From Albugo candida (taxonomy: Eukaryota): 64,000 nt of DNA. Below the pieces are notes generated by a model. That model saw nothing but the letters and a program-made list of their open reading frames with translations. It ran no database searches and was not told the DNA's origin. Below, piece by piece: positions 61,201 through 64,000 of this stretch; position 1 is the stretch's first letter, and each line of letters starts with the position of its first letter. The stretch covers positions 248,001 through 312,000 of the forward strand of contig JBDOQK010000037.1 in assembly GCA_040437565.1 (NCBI GenBank), written 5' to 3'. The translations under genes were made by a program, and so were the position numbers.

Positions 61201-64000
61201 ATCAAAAGCTCAGACCTCAAGCAAGTTGACACATTATTTGCGACGGGATCGGGTCGCAAGGTTGTGATCTCTGCCGAGAGTTTGGAAAGATCTCGTGCAA
61301 AGATAAAAAAGGATGTGATAAAAATGTCGACCGCACCGATCAAAAGCTCAGACCTCAAGCAAGTTGACACATTATTTGCGACGGGATCGGGTCGCAAGGT
61401 TGTGATCTCTGCCGAGAGNNNNNNNNNNNNNNNNNNNNNNNNNNNNNNNNNNNNNNNNNNNNNNNNNNNNNNNNNNNNNNNNNNNNNNNNNNNNNNNNNN
61501 NNNNNNNNNNNNNNNNNNGGATCGGGTCGCAAGGTTGTGATCTCTGCCGAGAGTTTGGAAAGATCTCGTGCAAAGATAAAAAAGGATGTGATAAAAATGT
61601 CGACCGCACCGATCAAAAGCTCAGACCTCAAGCAAGTTGACACATTATTTGCGACGGGATCGGGTCGCAAGGTTGTGATCTCTGCCGAGAGTTTGGAAAG
61701 ATCTCGTGCAAAGATAAAAAAGGATGTGATAAAAATGTCGACCGCACCGATCAAAAGCTCAGACCTCAAGCAAGTTGACACATTATTTGCGACGGGATCG
61801 GGTCGCAAGGTTGTGATCTCTGCCGAGAGTTTGGAAAGATCTCGTGCAAAGATAAAAAAGGATGTGATAAAAATGTCGACCGCACCGATCAAAAGCTCAG
61901 ACCTCAAGCAAGTTGACACATTATTTGCGACGGGATCGGGTCGCAAGGTTGTGATCTCTGCCGAGAGTTTGGAAAGATCTCGTGCAAAGATAAAAAAGGA
62001 TGTGATAAAAATGTCGACCGCACCGATCAAAAGCTCAGACCTCAAGCAAGTTGACACATTATTTGCGACGGGATCGGGTCGCAAGGTTGTGATCTCTGCC
62101 GAGAGTTTGGAAAGATCTCGTGCAAAGATAAAAAAGGATGTGATAAAAATGTCGACCGCACCGATCAAAAGCTCAGACCTCAAGCAAGTTGACACATTAT
62201 TTGCGACGGGATCGGGTCGCAAGGTTGTGATCTCTGCCGAGAGCATAGCAAGATCATGTGCAAAGAGGGAAAATGATGCGAAAGAAACGGCTTGTGCAGT
62301 AATGGAAAAGTCAGTGTGCACCCAAGTTAACACGCTATTTTCAACCGGATCGGGTCGAAAGGTTGTCGTGTCTGCTGAAAGACTGGACAGCTCTTGTCTC
62401 GAATTTAGTTCGTTTGTAGAAACGCCAAGCAAGAAGCTAAGCAATGCAGATGCACTGGTTACGCAAACAGCGACCGAAAGGTCTACTGAAAATGTATCAC
62501 TGAATGAGGATACGCTTACCACCGATAGGGTGCAGAAAGCGAGAGATTCTCGCCTGGTGGTCCAAGTACTCGATGACTCCAAGGTGCCAGGAGACGTCTC
62601 TATCAGCAGCACGCGCGAGAAAGTTCAATGCCATAAAGTCTACGATTATCGGACACCGCACAAAAGTGGCTCATACATCGACACAATTAGTCCGACGGAT
62701 CGTAAAATTGATTTCATTCAGCCAACAGAGCAGCAGAAGGAGAATATTGTACCACACGCACCAGCCACACCTCAAACGAGATTTAGACTCAAACGGCCAT
62801 CCGAATGCAAAAACGGCAATTCCAGTGAGTGGAAGAAACACAGTAAACGTTTTAAAGCTCCAACACAGCAAAAGGGCCAATTTGCCACAAAACCTGCATG
62901 CACAGCGGTCACAAGTCAGAAGCCAAAGCCGATTAACAAACAAATGAAGCTCTCAGAGCTCCCGTATCGCATCCAACGCAAGTACAGCTTGCAGAAGCTA
63001 TCCCTACAAACTTCCACTTCACCGTCCATGTCACAATCTGCTTCCTCATCTTCTCAACGCATTCGACTTTTACGCTGTGTGACAGCACATACAAGCATCA
63101 ACGTCGTCTTCAAAGGTTGCGATATCGAATCTGAAGATAGCTGTATCTTTCACACTCGCAGAAGCTGGACTGATGTGTACGAGACAACTGAGGTTATGGG
63201 TCCAAAGGAAATCTTCCAGCTAATGACAGAAAAGGGATGGCTACTAGACACTGTCGACCTCTACAAATGGTTTTGCAATCAATATCGATGGATCGTATTT
63301 CTGTGCGCACAAATGGAACTTACGTACTCTCAACATTTATGTGGAAAGTATCTAACGCTATTGCAGATCATCTTCCAAGTACATCAACGATATAAACGCG
63401 AAGTGTACAATTGCCAACGTCCAATTATCAGGAAGATACTCAATGGCGACGCAAGTCCATCCAACTGTCTCGTTCTATTGGTAGCAGCGGTTCTCCCAGG
63501 TGGAGATCGTGATGTTGAAAAGCCAAAAGGTGACGCGGGAGCATGTGGCGAAAAGCTTACACTTGTATTAACGGATGGATGGTACGCTGTTTATGGTATT
63601 CCAGATGAGTTACTGGAAGTACGCCTCCGAAGATTACATCAGAAAGCACATTTGGTGGGCAAGAAGATCATTATGTGGAATGCAGAATTGCAGTGTAGTG
63701 GGGAGGGCATCGAACCTCTCGAGAATGAATTGCATCAAACGAGTTCGACTTGGAAAAGTCCATTTGTAATGGATGGATTGACGTCTGAGAACAAGAAACC
63801 TTTTTACATTCTTCGATACAATAGCACGCGACTTGGTGCTTATGATCTCCCTCTTGGGCTAGAACGCTCAAGTTCACGTGATGAGAAAGCGACACACAAA
63901 ATGAAGATCTCACGCTGGCTGCTTAGCAGTGTACCGCTACAAAGTCTTCAGGTTGGAGGTGGTATTGTACGCTCCATTCGATTATACGTTACGCGTGTAT
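58258..64000 (+). CDS. BRCA2: BRCA2 homologue (BRC repeats plus helical/OB DNA-binding domain), 3'-truncated by the window edge
   Basis: Frame +1 is open from the ATG at 58258 to the window end. BRC motifs F.TG.GRKV.ISAESLERSR; helical domain WFCNQYRWIV..AQME; OB1 QRPIIRKILNGDASPSNCLVLLV, LTDGWYAV, GKKIIMWNAEL, LRYNSTR. Confidence 0.93.
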   Translation, partial: MYFKQINQWEELFSALPCDECCFFEKAMDYERQKDNVIERLMENGSTKLKRKKGNSAGRDECSRTSRKKGRKNRRSESQKCSYSRQSSISERLPFDVLEMCGESESEQSGKCKRVERKVTEVKERLNKYHNDRLKPNKRCASSHGRAFECKDREVEEKSSSYQDPSGVKNGRKDQEATTISFAIDTDTCVNVRSDHLSLSNECKLSGIDNENPLKDNKVERRSVHEELSCGLGGMVTKTTQNRESVDISALGRLNCGFQTGTGRRIDIDPNILAKRXXXXXXXXXXXXXXXXXXXXXXXXXXXXXXXXXXESQNCSYSLQSSMSERLPFDVLEMCGESESEQSGKCKWVEREVTEMKERLNEDHDDRLEPNKRCASSHGRAFECKITEVEEKSSRYQDPSGVKNGRKDPVEGKNEIRAGRDNEEATTISFAIDTCVNVKSDHLSLSNECKSSGIDNEDPLKDNKVERRSVHEELSCGLGGMVTKTTQNRESVDISALGRLNCGFQTGTGRRIDIDPNILAKRKFLAEERKQECAVADTIEASNNRQMNESIPSEKHCTEGKTMAINSIRSESISQVELACLPSAVTHANRYTGGKNCQLRFSNHVPDEGLRSLNHQGGFENGNGIEAMFKTGLGRKMIVGAESLERSRVMLNTYCMDECVEAGPPYKLDREIVTPKPSYTMSGMKMRVDASDECNDMIDCNTSKWKVEGDKETFGRAFCSPKSITKVSLMNSSAQNTSTTSFETGRGQKVTVATKSLEKSRFIIDCGDGGTNGISTAGLGGKVESSAEDMREIRTTMARLPKPHQVDSLFSTGSGRKVVISAESLERSRAKIKKDVIKMSTAPIKSSDLKQVDTLFATGSGRKVVISAESLERSRAKIKKDVIKMSTAPIKSSDLKQVDTLFATGSGRKVVISAESLERSRAKIKKDVIKMSTAPIKSSDLKQVDTLFATGSGRKVVISAESLERSRAKIKKDVIKMSTAPIKSSDLKQVDTLFATGSGRKVVISAESLERSRAKIKKDVIKMSTAPIKSSDLKQVDTLFATGSGRKVVISAEXXXXXXXXXXXXXXXXXXXXXXXXXXXXXXXXXXGSGRKVVISAESLERSRAKIKKDVIKMSTAPIKSSDLKQVDTLFATGSGRKVVISAESLERSRAKIKKDVIKMSTAPIKSSDLKQVDTLFATGSGRKVVISAESLERSRAKIKKDVIKMSTAPIKSSDLKQVDTLFATGSGRKVVISAESLERSRAKIKKDVIKMSTAPIKSSDLKQVDTLFATGSGRKVVISAESLERSRAKIKKDVIKMSTAPIKSSDLKQVDTLFATGSGRKVVISAESIARSCAKRENDAKETACAVMEKSVCTQVNTLFSTGSGRKVVVSAERLDSSCLEFSSFVETPSKKLSNADALVTQTATERSTENVSLNEDTLTTDRVQKARDSRLVVQVLDDSKVPGDVSISSTREKVQCHKVYDYRTPHKSGSYIDTISPTDRKIDFIQPTEQQKENIVPHAPATPQTRFRLKRPSECKNGNSSEWKKHSKRFKAPTQQKGQFATKPACTAVTSQKPKPINKQMKLSELPYRIQRKYSLQKLSLQTSTSPSMSQSASSSSQRIRLLRCVTAHTSINVVFKGCDIESEDSCIFHTRRSWTDVYETTEVMGPKEIFQLMTEKGWLLDTVDLYKWFCNQYRWIVFLCAQMELTYSQHLCGKYLTLLQIIFQVHQRYKREVYNCQRPIIRKILNGDASPSNCLVLLVAAVLPGGDRDVEKPKGDAGACGEKLTLVLTDGWYAVYGIPDELLEVRLRRLHQKAHLVGKKIIMWNAELQCSGEGIEPLENELHQTSSTWKSPFVMDGLTSENKKPFYILRYNSTRLGAYDLPLGLERSSSRDEKATHKMKISRWLLSSVPLQSLQVGGGIVRSIRLYVTRV
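60685..62420 (+). repeat. Tandem array of 138-bp (46-aa) BRC-repeat units, with an N gap inside the array
   Basis: GGATCGGGTCG recurs at 60694, 60832, 60970, 61108, 61246, 61384, then after the gap at 61519, 61657, 61795, 61933, 62071, 62209, 62347. Unit = GSGRKVVISAESLERSRAKIKKDVIKMSTAPIKSSDLKQVDTLFAT. Confidence 0.97.

Noticed and set aside
60669-62612. 647-aa repetitive ORF on the minus strand, or a CRISPR-like array
   Set aside because: It is the antisense shadow of the BRCA2 BRC array. Units are contiguous with no unique spacers, and the plus frame carries the conserved motifs.

Overview
This is eukaryotic DNA, not prokaryotic. It is an extremely compact, intron-containing genome segment with 50-80 nt introns and some intergenic gaps under 100 bp. 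Gene content and architecture point to an oomycete, most likely Albugo (inference, not verified). The scaffold is a draft with fourteen 100-N gaps, many flanked by direct duplications that are assembly overlaps or unmerged haplotypes. About 21 protein genes are supported: WBP4-like zinc finger (partial), RPL23, ankyrin/FYVE-like protein, TMEM208/SND2, Bub2/Cdc16-like TBC GAP, a hypothetical protein, NDUFA3-like, anthranilate synthase I, DDB1, a degenerate HAD-like protein, VPS8, a TFIIS-N/PNUTS-like protein, PP4R3/SMEK, a SNF5-HMG fusion, MED22, two inverted V-ATPase c genes, RUVBL2, a secreted orphan, PUF60, a SAPS-like/PH/FYVE protein, a UBR N-recognin and BRCA2 (runs off the window and is absent from the ORF track). 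A gene-poor island at ~21-31.6 kb holds decayed, possibly secreted-protein relics. Highlights are (1) BRCA2 with a tandem array of identical 138-bp BRC repeats, reminiscent of Trypanosoma brucei, (2) SNF5 fused in-exon to an HMG box, (3) a near-identical tail-to-tail V-ATPase c pair, (4) GC-AG introns and (5) divergent haplotype pairs exposed at gaps.
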